Below, piece by piece: positions 1 to 7,223 of a stretch of DNA of 15,718 nucleotides. Both the position numbers and the translations under genes were made by a program. The first letter of the stretch is position 1. Each line of letters begins with the position of its first letter. Under the pieces are notes generated by a model. It did not search any database and was not told the origin of the DNA. It was given only the letters and a program-made list of their open reading frames with translations. Origin of the DNA: Candidatus Sigynarchaeum calidifontis (lineage in GTDB: Archaea > Asgardarchaeota > Lokiarchaeia > Sigyniarchaeales > Sigyniarchaeaceae). The DNA lies in the NCBI GenBank assembly GCA_030587475.2, contig JAUQYZ020000247.1, positions 1-15,718 of the forward strand, given 5' to 3'.

Positions 1-87
1 GCGCTTGTCCATGGCCTCGAAGCGCTTGTCCATGGCCTCGAAGCGCTTGTCCATCTGCTGCTGCATGGCCTCGAAGCGCTTGTCCAT
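1..87 (-). repeat. 21-bp coding tandem repeat (MDKRFEA heptad)
   Basis: GGCCTCGAAGCGCTTGTCCAT at 13-33, 34-54 and 67-87, with a partial copy at 1-12 and a 12-bp (MQQQ) interruption at 55-66. Confidence 0.95.
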
Positions 88-252
88 CTCTGCGATCAAC
101 GCCTTGATGTCGTCTTTCGTGGCCACGACACCGGATAACGCGCTGATGATTGCCCCTTTCACGGCATCGTTCTCGCGGATGAGCCTGGGCAAGATATCGA
201 TGAGCTTTTGCAAGTCGATGTCTATCGGGCTCTTTTTACCTTGTGCAGTCAT
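1..252 (-). CDS. Coiled-coil heptad-repeat protein, N-terminal part (runs off window start); DUF3782/DUF1626-like, often followed by a PD-(D/E)XK domain
   Basis: Manual translation from ATG at 252: MTAQGKKSPIDIDLQKLIDILPRLIRENDAVKGAIISALSGVVATKDDIKALIAEMDKRFEAMQQQMDKRFEAMDKRFEAMDKR..., open to base 1. GGTGA RBS just upstream. Not in the ORF track because the stop is outside the window. Family assignment is inference. Confidence 0.85.
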   Translation of the reverse strand, partial: MTAQGKKSPIDIDLQKLIDILPRLIRENDAVKGAIISALSGVVATKDDIKALIAEMDKRFEAMQQQMDKRFEAMDKRFEAMDKR

Positions 253-325
253 CGAGAGTCACCTTCGTCCCGGTGCTAGTTTTATGCGAATGCATCTTTA
301 AAAACGTCGAGATCTAGCACTAAAA

Positions 326-641
326 AATGAAAATGACCCGTGCACGTGCGGGAGCGGGAAAAAGGTCGTGCTCCAATGCTCACGGCTTCTGCATCTCCCC
401 GTGCACGTGCGGGAGCGGGAAAAAGTGCAAACCCGGTGTCATGATCGTGGACGTGACTGCCTTCGACTTGTTGACCGCCCCGTGGCCGCTGTTCTTGTGC
501 ATCTTGCAAACCGGTCCCCGGGATTCGAAGATTGCCTGGAGCAAGGAAAAGATGAAAGTCAAGTGCGTTGAAGTCAAGGATGCCAAGGACTACGCAAAAA
601 AGGGGCCCAAGATTCCCATCTTGACACCGGACAAGGCTTGA
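326..641 (+). pseudogene. Degenerate SEC-C (PCxCGSGKK) motif-containing remnant
   Basis: NENDPCTCGSGKKV is encoded in one frame (326-367; stop at 299-301 and no start codon before it). SPCTCGSGKKCK is encoded in another frame, within ORF 327..641. Confidence 0.45.
337..425 (+). repeat. Perfect 28-bp direct repeat, two copies
   Basis: CCCGTGCACGTGCGGGAGCGGGAAAAAG at 337-364 and 398-425, separated by 33 bp. Confidence 0.95.
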
Positions 642-993
642 AATCGCGATCCAATGCCGCCCGGAATTACCTTTTGTGATCTGCTACCCACGAGTCAAGC
701 AATTCCGACCCGTTCCTCTTCAAAAGCACGAGATTGCTCGCGCGTATCGACCGGGCAGCCATTTTGTCGGCCAAGCGGCGATTGCCGTTGTAATTTTTTT
801 TAACCTTAAAACCGATGTTAGACCATGATAAACCACGTTGAATCTAGCGTGGAATAACGATCATGACCGAGCTGCTCTTAAATTATACGTGAGACTTGTA
901 AAAAAGTTAGCCGGATTCGGAGATGGTGACTCCATCATGGCCATTAATGACATGTATTTTCATTGGAAATGAATGGCATTGGAGTGTTAAAGG

Positions 994-1986
994 ATGAGTA
1001 GAGATCTGACTTTTTACATGAAAAAAGAGGAAAGAATGCTATTTCAAACGAATCCACTCAAGATCAAGAAAGAAATGTTTTTTAGAAAATACCGGAGCCA
1101 GAACTCGAAAAGCATAAACAAATACAAGCGCGTCGTTTTGTCCCCGATTCGATATGCCGGCGGAAAAAGCCTCGCTGTCGGTCATGTTATCGAATTGCTG
1201 CCAGATAACATCACCCGGGTGGTTTCTCCTTTTTTAGGGGGCGGTTCTGTTGAAATTGCCATGAGCAAACTCCTTGATCTAGAGGTCATTGCATTCGATA
1301 TTTTTGATATCTTGATCAACTATTGGAAATTTCAAATAGAACAACCGGGATTACTTTATGAGAAATTAAAAGAATTAAAGCCCGACCAGGAGACATTCGA
1401 CAAGATCCGGTTGATCTTGAAAGATCACTGGGAGAAAAAGAAAACATTAGAACCTTTGACGCTGGCTGCGTACTTTTTTTATAATTTCAACCTGTCGTAT
1501 GGGCCGGGCTTTTTAGGGTGGACATCGCAAATTTACTTGAATGAAAAACGGTATCAAGGCATGATTGAAAAAGTTCGGGATTTTCGACCCAAAAACTTGA
1601 AAGTTGGATGTGCATCGTTCGAAGAAGTGTTTGAGAAATATCCCGATGACTTTTTCTATTGCGACCCGCCTTATTATATCGGCCCGGATTCAAAGATGTT
1701 CAAGGGCATTTATCCCATGAGAAATATCCCGGTTCACCATGCCGGGTTCAAGCACGAGCTTTTACGAGACTTGTTGTTGAAGCACAAGGGCGGGTTCATT
1801 TTATCCTACAATGATTGCCCCACGATCAGGGGTTTTTATAAAGGCTTCAAGCAAACGTTCCCGAGCTGGCAATATTCGATGGGGCAAGGGGAGACGAGGA
1901 TTGGAAAATATCGAAAAGGCAGGGGCACGGATGAATACATCAAAGAATCTCACGAGATAATTATATTCGGACCTCCAACGTCATGA
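994..1986 (+). CDS. DNA adenine methyltransferase, Dam/D12 family (alpha class)
   Basis: RYAGGKS (motif X), SPFLGGGS (motif I, SAM binding) and FFYCDPPYY (motif IV) in alpha-group order. AT-rich codon usage. Confidence 0.93.
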   Translation: MSRDLTFYMKKEERMLFQTNPLKIKKEMFFRKYRSQNSKSINKYKRVVLSPIRYAGGKSLAVGHVIELLPDNITRVVSPFLGGGSVEIAMSKLLDLEVIAFDIFDILINYWKFQIEQPGLLYEKLKELKPDQETFDKIRLILKDHWEKKKTLEPLTLAAYFFYNFNLSYGPGFLGWTSQIYLNEKRYQGMIEKVRDFRPKNLKVGCASFEEVFEKYPDDFFYCDPPYYIGPDSKMFKGIYPMRNIPVHHAGFKHELLRDLLLKHKGGFILSYNDCPTIRGFYKGFKQTFPSWQYSMGQGETRIGKYRKGRGTDEYIKESHEIIIFGPPTS

Positions 1987-2202
1987 TCTCTTAAACCTTT
2001 CAAAGGGCAATCATGTCTACTTGCTTTTCCATGTGAAAGAAACCTGGTTTTATTGCTTGACTTGGATTTTTTACTTGTTTTAGAGCGATTAATTGCTGCT
2101 TTCAGCAGGTTCGCTTTCCTCGATAAGCTATGTAATAAATTGCCAAAAAGAACGATGGATATTCGAAAAAAATGAATCGCCAGCAGCATCGTGCTTGAAT
2201 GT

Positions 2203-2286
2203 TTATTTCCGCAGCCGGGCGAGTTCGTTCTCGATGCGGTCGGCACGCGCCTTTTCCTGGTCGGCACGCGCAAAGTTCCAGATCAT
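2203..2286 (-). pseudogene. 27-aa coiled-coil tail remnant (MIWNFARADQEKARADRIENELARLRK)
   Basis: GC-rich patch inside AT-rich DNA. GGTCGGCACGCGC is repeated at 2238-2250 and 2259-2271 (21-bp period). Resembles the 'EKARADR...L' C-terminal tails of Uma2/Rpn-type proteins (inference). Confidence 0.4.
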
Positions 2287-2346
2287 TCTCCACGATACCT
2301 TCCATATCGATCATAATGGTTTAGACATCCTTTTTGGTACTATAGG

Positions 2347-2373
2347 TGTATAAATACAAAGATATACATGTAT
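2347..2373 (+). promoter_or_regulatory. TATA box with overlapping palindromic operator for the TA operon
   Basis: TATAAATA at 2349-2356, 21 nt before ATG 2378 (leaderless spacing). Palindromes TGTAT-AA-ATACA (2347-2358) and ATACATGTAT (2364-2373). Confidence 0.6.
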
Positions 2374-2377
2374 TCAC

Positions 2378-2626
2378 ATGACTACACAGAAATTCAATTT
2401 CAAGTGGTACAGGCAAAATGGAAAGGTACATAATCACGCGTGGGACAGAATGATAGAACGAGGAATTGGCGTCGACACGATCAAGGATGCAATCATCAAG
2501 GGGTTGAAGCAAGTGAGAAAGGACGGCAAGATAAATGGTTTTTACGAGGGCATCAAGGTCGTCTATAAGGCCATCCAGTATCCAGAGTTCAAAAAATATG
2601 AAGTCGTCACCGCGTATTTCACGTGA
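2378..2626 (+). CDS. DUF4258-like putative toxin (RelE-like RNase fold)
   Basis: 82 aa, basic. HAWDRMIERGI at the N-terminus and VVTAY at the C-terminus are typical of DUF4258. 4-nt GTGA overlap with the next gene. Confidence 0.8.
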   Translation: MTTQKFNFKWYRQNGKVHNHAWDRMIERGIGVDTIKDAIIKGLKQVRKDGKINGFYEGIKVVYKAIQYPEFKKYEVVTAYFT

Positions 2627-2970
2627 TCAAGATGTTGAACATGCTAAAATGCCCCGAATGTAGCGGGGACCTGGAGAAGACCGACAAGGACGTCGAGGTT
2701 CTTGGCAAGATCATCGGCCAATTCACATGCGAGGTCTGCAAGGTCTGCGGTTCTACCTTCTTGGACGAGGAAATCATGAAAAAGGTCGAGGAAAAAACAA
2801 AAGAGGTGGGATTATTTGGCCTGGAGAAGACCACGAAGGTTTCAATATCGGGTAACTCCTTGATCATCCGCATTAACAAGGCCCTGGCAGATTTTTTGCA
2901 ATTAACAGCGAATTCAAGTGTCCGGATTTATCCTATCGATAAAAGACGGTTTGTTGTTGAAAAAACTTGA
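2623..2970 (+). CDS. YgiT/MqsA-type zinc finger + AbrB/MazE-like domain, putative antitoxin
   Basis: KCPECSG...EVCKVCGSTFLD zinc ribbon, then TKVSISGNSLIIRINKALADFLQL...VRIYP (AbrB swapped-hairpin pattern). Confidence 0.85.
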   Translation: MIKMLNMLKCPECSGDLEKTDKDVEVLGKIIGQFTCEVCKVCGSTFLDEEIMKKVEEKTKEVGLFGLEKTTKVSISGNSLIIRINKALADFLQLTANSSVRIYPIDKRRFVVEKT

Positions 2971-3234
2971 TCGCCTGGCGTGCTGCATGCCCCAAATAGC
3001 CCGGCGTGGTTGTATCATGAATATAATCACCCCCCGGCGAGGATTGCCCATAGCAAGACATGAAACCGTGGGACGCCTGACCCCGAAACCTTCCCATTTC
3101 CCACCGTGTGCCACGTGACCTGGCGCCTCGACTGTAAGGACCCGCTACTTCAGATGATCTCGTCCGAGGCAACCGACGCGCTCGGATTTTTAATTGGATC
3201 CAGTAAAAAGCGGGAAATAAACAATTCCTTGGTA

Positions 3235-4293
3235 TCATCGTGCACCGGGCTCACGCGTGATGGCTTCCGTGGCAGTAGATTGGATGCCCTTGTACCCCGA
3301 GTCAGTGAACTGCAAGATGAGCCCGGCGACGTGGCCGGCCACGAAAACGAACGCCGGCGAGCCAGGCAGGATCCGGTCCAGCACGATGCTCCAGTACAAG
3401 AGGATTCCCGAGACCAGGAGCGGTACGAAGACCAGCAGCGCCGCCCCGACGACGCGAGCCGGTCGCCGTGCCGCGAGCAAGCAAGCCTTCGCGGACATTC
3501 CGCCCGTGATGCAGCCGCCGAGCCCAGCCAGCATGGCACAAGCATTGATGAGCACATCCGGGACGAGGATATAATCGAGCCGTCTACCGAAAAGCTCGTG
3601 ATTGATCCAGTCGAGCTCGAACGATGCGAGCATAAACACGACGATGGCAAGCCCGAGCATGTGCCCCCGCAGGATGCCGAGCAGCGGGTGCTGGAGCGGC
3701 GCGATGGCACGGCTCTCGACCTCGCGGCGCGAGAGCACGGCGACCAGCAAGCCAGCCACGCCCGTGCCGCCGATGATCGCCGCCGGCACGATCCATGCCT
3801 TTTCGACGAGCGGCGACGAGACGAACGTGAGGCTGGCGAACGTGCCCGCGACGACGACGATCGCGAATATCGCACCGTCATCGACCAAGCCACCCCGCCG
3901 GTTCTCGGCATATCGGCCGGCAGGGAATGCATCCAGCAACGACAAGCTCGAGGCGAACAACCCGGTCAAGGCGGCCGCGACGGCGAACTTGCTTTCAGCC
4001 GTGGTGGCGAGCATCTTGATCATGATGTAGAAACCAAGACACGCGAATGCCACGGGAGCGGACACGAGCTCCACGAGGAACCGCCGGCCCCGCAGCACGT
4101 GGCCGGCGACGAGCCCGGCAACCATCGCGGCAATGATGGTACCTATCCAACCGACATCCTCGATCCCGACCTGGTTCACGCTCCCGATGGCCCCGAGCAC
4201 CGCGTCGGTGGCCATTGCGCCCGCGCATGTTACCAGCAACAGCTGGATGCCCCCGCGAGCCTCGGGCGATTTCAATCCGTGTACCACGTTCAT
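3235..4293 (-). CDS. Polytopic membrane protein (352 aa, about 11-12 hydrophobic segments; MFS-like)
   Basis: ATG at 4293 overlaps the upstream TGA (ATGA). Alternating hydrophobic helices throughout. The ORF-track extension to 4533 overlaps the upstream gene and is ignored. Confidence 0.75.
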   Translation of the reverse strand: MNVVHGLKSPEARGGIQLLLVTCAGAMATDAVLGAIGSVNQVGIEDVGWIGTIIAAMVAGLVAGHVLRGRRFLVELVSAPVAFACLGFYIMIKMLATTAESKFAVAAALTGLFASSLSLLDAFPAGRYAENRRGGLVDDGAIFAIVVVAGTFASLTFVSSPLVEKAWIVPAAIIGGTGVAGLLVAVLSRREVESRAIAPLQHPLLGILRGHMLGLAIVVFMLASFELDWINHELFGRRLDYILVPDVLINACAMLAGLGGCITGGMSAKACLLAARRPARVVGAALLVFVPLLVSGILLYWSIVLDRILPGSPAFVFVAGHVAGLILQFTDSGYKGIQSTATEAITREPGAR

Positions 4294-6110
4294 GGCAACG
4301 CACCCCCCGCCCGCGATGCCTTTTTCTGCCTGGCACCTGACGCGACGTGCACGAGCAGCGGGATCCCCCAGATCCCCGCGATGGCGAGCACGATGCCGCC
4401 CGTGGTCATCGCGCCCACGGCCGACCTGGAAATCAAGGATGACATTTGCGCGACGGTCACGAACACGACGTCGCCGCCCGCCTCCAGCGTGTTCGCGAAC
4501 TCCGCCCACAAGGCATAGGGCGCGTCCCAGCAAATCAAGTGGTAGCAGACGAACACCGGCGCAGATGGTACTTGTGCCCGCAGCTCGGCGATGTCGTCGT
4601 AGAACCCTTGCAGATCCCCGCTGTTGTGCGCGGTCCAGCCGTGCATGTAAACGACCGGCACCCCGTTTATTTCCGCTGGTGCCGTGTAGCTGCCGCCACC
4701 ATAGCCTTCATAGATGCCGTCGCATTGCGGGGGGATGCCAGGGGCGCCGTTCATCGCGGCGACGATCTTGCCAAAGTTTCCCGTCCACGACCTGACCTCC
4801 CGCTGGTCCAGCCGTGCCATGAGTTCCCGCGTCGTGCGCCAGTAGATCTCCGTGTATTCCGCCGTCATGTACTCTGCCTTCGTGTATCCCTTGCCGCCGA
4901 CGCCGGTTACAAAATAATCGTTCATCGACGCGTTGTCGTAATAGAACCTGGCAATGGCGGGCGCGATCTTGAGCACGGATGGCGACATTTCCCACGAGCA
5001 CGGCACCGGGCTCGTCTTGTGGGCTGCAGACTCCCATAAATTCCACCGCATGAAATTGGCCACGTACTGCATGTTGTCCCCGTCCGAATAGATCCCGGCG
5101 ATGTAGACCTTGTTCTCGAGCGGGATGCTGTCCGCTTCCGCCCTGGCTTTTTGCCGGAACGTGTACCCGTCGGGCAGCGGCAGGTTTTGCAAGAACGGCG
5201 CATTGCGCAGCCAGTCCGATGGCGTCAAGGCCTTTCCGTTGGCCGACAGCCGTGACACGACCGGGTGCTCGTTCCCGCCGTCGGGATACATGTACCCGAA
5301 CACGATCATGTCTTGCGGGGTGTTGGCGAGGATGTACTCGAAGCACTCGAAGTCCGCCGGCGCGTCGCGCTCGGCCTCGGGCGTGTAGCACACCTGCCAC
5401 ATCGTGAAAATCGCGTTGCCCGCCAGCAACGACCGGATGGCGCCGGCGTGTTGGTAGTCGTACATGCCAAGGGCACTCTGGTTACACAGGCGGAACCACG
5501 TGTCAAATGCCCATCGATAAATGTCCCCCTTCGGCGTGGCGCTCGTGAAACCCCGTGCCGCGTACAGCGCGGTCATGTTCGCCACGACCGGCTCGTCCTG
5601 GAGCGCCGGCCATGCCAGCGCGGTCGGGGCGAGCGCTGCCGAGACCATGACCGAGCGGTTGATCCCGCATATCGGGGTCGCGATGTTGGCACTCTCGGCC
5701 TGGTTGTCGAAGACGACGACGCCGTCGATGAATGAATCGTAATACGCCAGCAATGCCGACAAGTTGGTCACGGAAAGGTACGACGGCGTGTAATACTCGT
5801 CATCGATGCTGTTTAACCACATGGCACCGTCATTGCCCCAGATCACGTAGAGCCGGGCAGCATCGCGGTTCACGATGCCCTCCAGCGAGCTGAGCAAGTA
5901 GATCCCGTCGGTCGTGAGCCCCCAGCCCCGCACGTCGACCACCTCGAAGGAGAAAGGCGATCCCGGTGTCGGCCCGCTTGGAATGACTTGCGCGATCGCC
6001 GCCGGCGTGGTGTTCGTGGCCGCGCGGGGGGACGGCGCGCCGGCCATCCCGCAGAGGCACGCGAGCAGCAACAATAGAGCGAATCCCTTCGCATGAAATT
6101 TGGATCCCAT
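4290..6110 (-). CDS. Membrane-anchored GxGYxYP-family putative glycoside hydrolase (606 aa)
   Basis: Signal peptide MGSKFHAKGFALLLLLACLCG. Family motifs SLEGIVNR..RLY, ENKVYIAGIYSDGDN, WEMSP and NDYFVTGVGGKGY. C-terminal TM helix plus basic tail. Start re-called at 6110 instead of 6317. Confidence 0.85.
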   Translation of the reverse strand: MGSKFHAKGFALLLLLACLCGMAGAPSPRAATNTTPAAIAQVIPSGPTPGSPFSFEVVDVRGWGLTTDGIYLLSSLEGIVNRDAARLYVIWGNDGAMWLNSIDDEYYTPSYLSVTNLSALLAYYDSFIDGVVVFDNQAESANIATPICGINRSVMVSAALAPTALAWPALQDEPVVANMTALYAARGFTSATPKGDIYRWAFDTWFRLCNQSALGMYDYQHAGAIRSLLAGNAIFTMWQVCYTPEAERDAPADFECFEYILANTPQDMIVFGYMYPDGGNEHPVVSRLSANGKALTPSDWLRNAPFLQNLPLPDGYTFRQKARAEADSIPLENKVYIAGIYSDGDNMQYVANFMRWNLWESAAHKTSPVPCSWEMSPSVLKIAPAIARFYYDNASMNDYFVTGVGGKGYTKAEYMTAEYTEIYWRTTRELMARLDQREVRSWTGNFGKIVAAMNGAPGIPPQCDGIYEGYGGGSYTAPAEINGVPVVYMHGWTAHNSGDLQGFYDDIAELRAQVPSAPVFVCYHLICWDAPYALWAEFANTLEAGGDVVFVTVAQMSSLISRSAVGAMTTGGIVLAIAGIWGIPLLVHVASGARQKKASRAGGALP

Positions 6111-6185
6111 AATTCTTGGAGGCAGCGGTATTTTTTGAACATCGATGCGCGATCCTTTTAGATGATATCGACATAGGATTTCAGT

Positions 6186-6410
6186 ATGCCTCATGCCGTG
6201 AAGATAGTTTACTGCGAAACGTGAGGCGGCTCCAAGGAAGTGCGCAAGTTCATCGAAAACGATGTCCCAGGTCTCAAGGCAGAGGCAAACTTCGAGCTCG
6301 TCGTGGTACATGGCCAAGCGCCGACGATCGAGATCGACGGCCAGCGCCTCGATGTCGACGTGAAGGATTACAAGAAGGTCAAGAAGACCGTCGAGGAAAG
6401 GCTCGATTAA
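6186..6410 (+). CDS. Selenoprotein, small thioredoxin-fold (SelW/Rdx-like) protein with CxxU motif; TGA 6222-6224 = Sec
   Basis: Readthrough translation: MPHAVKIVYCETUGGSKEVRKFIENDVPGLKAEANFELVVVHGQAPTIEIDGQRLDVDVKDYKKVKKTVEERLD* (74 aa). The N-terminus parallels SelW VRVVYCGAUG. Host-like G/C-ending codons continue after the TGA. The gene fills an otherwise empty gap and has a SECIS downstream. Confidence 0.88.
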
Positions 6411-6458
6411 ACGCGATACGCACAGCCTTGAAGGGCATTCGCCCAGATATTTGATGGA

Positions 6459-6540
6459 CCACGCGGCGATGATGCCCGGGTAAAAAAGGATCGCGACGAG
6501 CCAAGCCCGGGCGGAGCGCCGGCAGCGACCGGCCGCGTGG
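6459..6540 (+). promoter_or_regulatory. Eukaryote/Asgard-type SECIS element in the 3' UTR
   Basis: AUGA 6469-6472; helix UGCCCGGGU (6473-6481) paired with GCCCGGGCG (6505-6513); unpaired A6 at 6482-6487; apical mini-stem GGAUCG/CGAGCC; GA at 6514-6515. Lower helix is CGGCG/CGCCG (6464-6468/6517-6521) or CCACGCGGC/GCCGCGUGG (6459-6467/6532-6540). Confidence 0.85.
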
Positions 6541-6559
6541 GCTCATTTCTTGCCCCGGG

Positions 6560-6566
6560 AAAAAAA
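6560..6566 (-). terminator. Oligo-U archaeal terminator candidate for the HD gene
   Basis: T7 tract on the minus strand, 6 nt after the stop at 6573. Confidence 0.4.
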
Positions 6567-6572
6567 CGGCGC

Positions 6573-7139
6573 TCATCCGAGGATCGCCCGCTTCGCGTCG
6601 TCGAAGAACTTGAGCAGCTTGGGATCCGACAAATATTGTTCCGGCGCCTCGTAGAAGTCGCCCATGTCCTTGCCCGAAGCCTTCTCGTACTGGAGGGCCT
6701 GGATCATCATGTCGAGCTTGTCGATCTGGTGCACGATGGCATGGACTGGGTCTATTTCTGGAGCGTTGCCAGCCGAGATGAAGGCCTCGATCTCGCGCTG
6801 CAAGCTTGCCATGCCCGGCACCGCACCGAAAAGTTGCTGCACCGCGTCGAGCTCCATCTTGGCCTTCCGGGCTGGCGCGACGTTGTCCGCTGGGGTGATG
6901 TCGCCGGTCACGCCTTCCACGATGTCGTGCAGAAGTGCCACGGCCAGCAGCCGTTCAGCCGGCAACGCGGCGGGCAATATCCCGGTCTCCTTGAGCAAAA
7001 GCGCGAGCAGCGCCGTCCCGAACGAGTGCGACCCGACCGACTCGACGCGGCCCGCCAGCAACCCCCGCTCGACCCACCCCTTCCGCGGCAGGTGCTTCAC
7101 CGCGTGGATCGCCTCCAGCAAGCGAATGTATGCTGACAT
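6573..7139 (-). CDS. HD-domain hydrolase, HDDC2/YfbR-like 5'-deoxynucleotidase (188 aa)
   Basis: KHLPRKGW, ESVGSHSF, ALLHDIVEGVTGDITP and DKLDMMIQALQYE motifs. Start re-called at ATG 7139 with a GGTGG RBS. Confidence 0.92.
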   Translation of the reverse strand: MSAYIRLLEAIHAVKHLPRKGWVERGLLAGRVESVGSHSFGTALLALLLKETGILPAALPAERLLAVALLHDIVEGVTGDITPADNVAPARKAKMELDAVQQLFGAVPGMASLQREIEAFISAGNAPEIDPVHAIVHQIDKLDMMIQALQYEKASGKDMGDFYEAPEQYLSDPKLLKFFDDAKRAILG

Positions 7140-7168
7140 CGGTAGATTTCCACCACCAGGCAGAATTG

Positions 7169-7196
7169 TATAAAAGATGCCAAGACGACATTTAAT
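7169..7196. promoter_or_regulatory. Divergent promoter region between the HD gene and ftr
   Basis: TTTTATA on the minus strand (7175-7169), ~30 nt before the HD ATG. TTTAAT on the plus strand (7191-7196), ~28 nt before the ftr ATG. Confidence 0.45.
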
Positions 7197-7223
7197 CAAT
7201 TACCATTTCCGGAAGAGATCCAC

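Noticed and set aside
5-301. Plus-strand ORF MSMASKRLS...
   Set aside because: Antisense shadow of the DKRFEAM coiled-coil gene.
337-425. Mini-CRISPR array (28-bp repeat, 33-bp spacer, 61-bp period)
   Set aside because: Only two copies and no cas genes. The repeat translates exactly to the SEC-C motif PCTCGSGKK, so a coding origin is simpler.
1950-2353. Cognate restriction endonuclease downstream of the methylase
   Set aside because: The short ORFs here show no nuclease motif and no coherent protein-like composition.
3106-4518. 470-aa plus-strand ORF
   Set aside because: Antisense shadow of GC-rich membrane protein genes; no motifs.
6222-6260. Bacterial-type SECIS immediately after the UGA
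   Set aside because: No convincing hairpin is visible there, and the 3' UTR element explains the recoding.
6111-6454. ORF-track calls 6116..6454 (+) and the N-terminal extension of 4290..6317 (-)
   Set aside because: Both overlap the CxxU selenoprotein frame, which has the better motif and codon usage. The signal peptide of the minus-strand gene begins at 6110.
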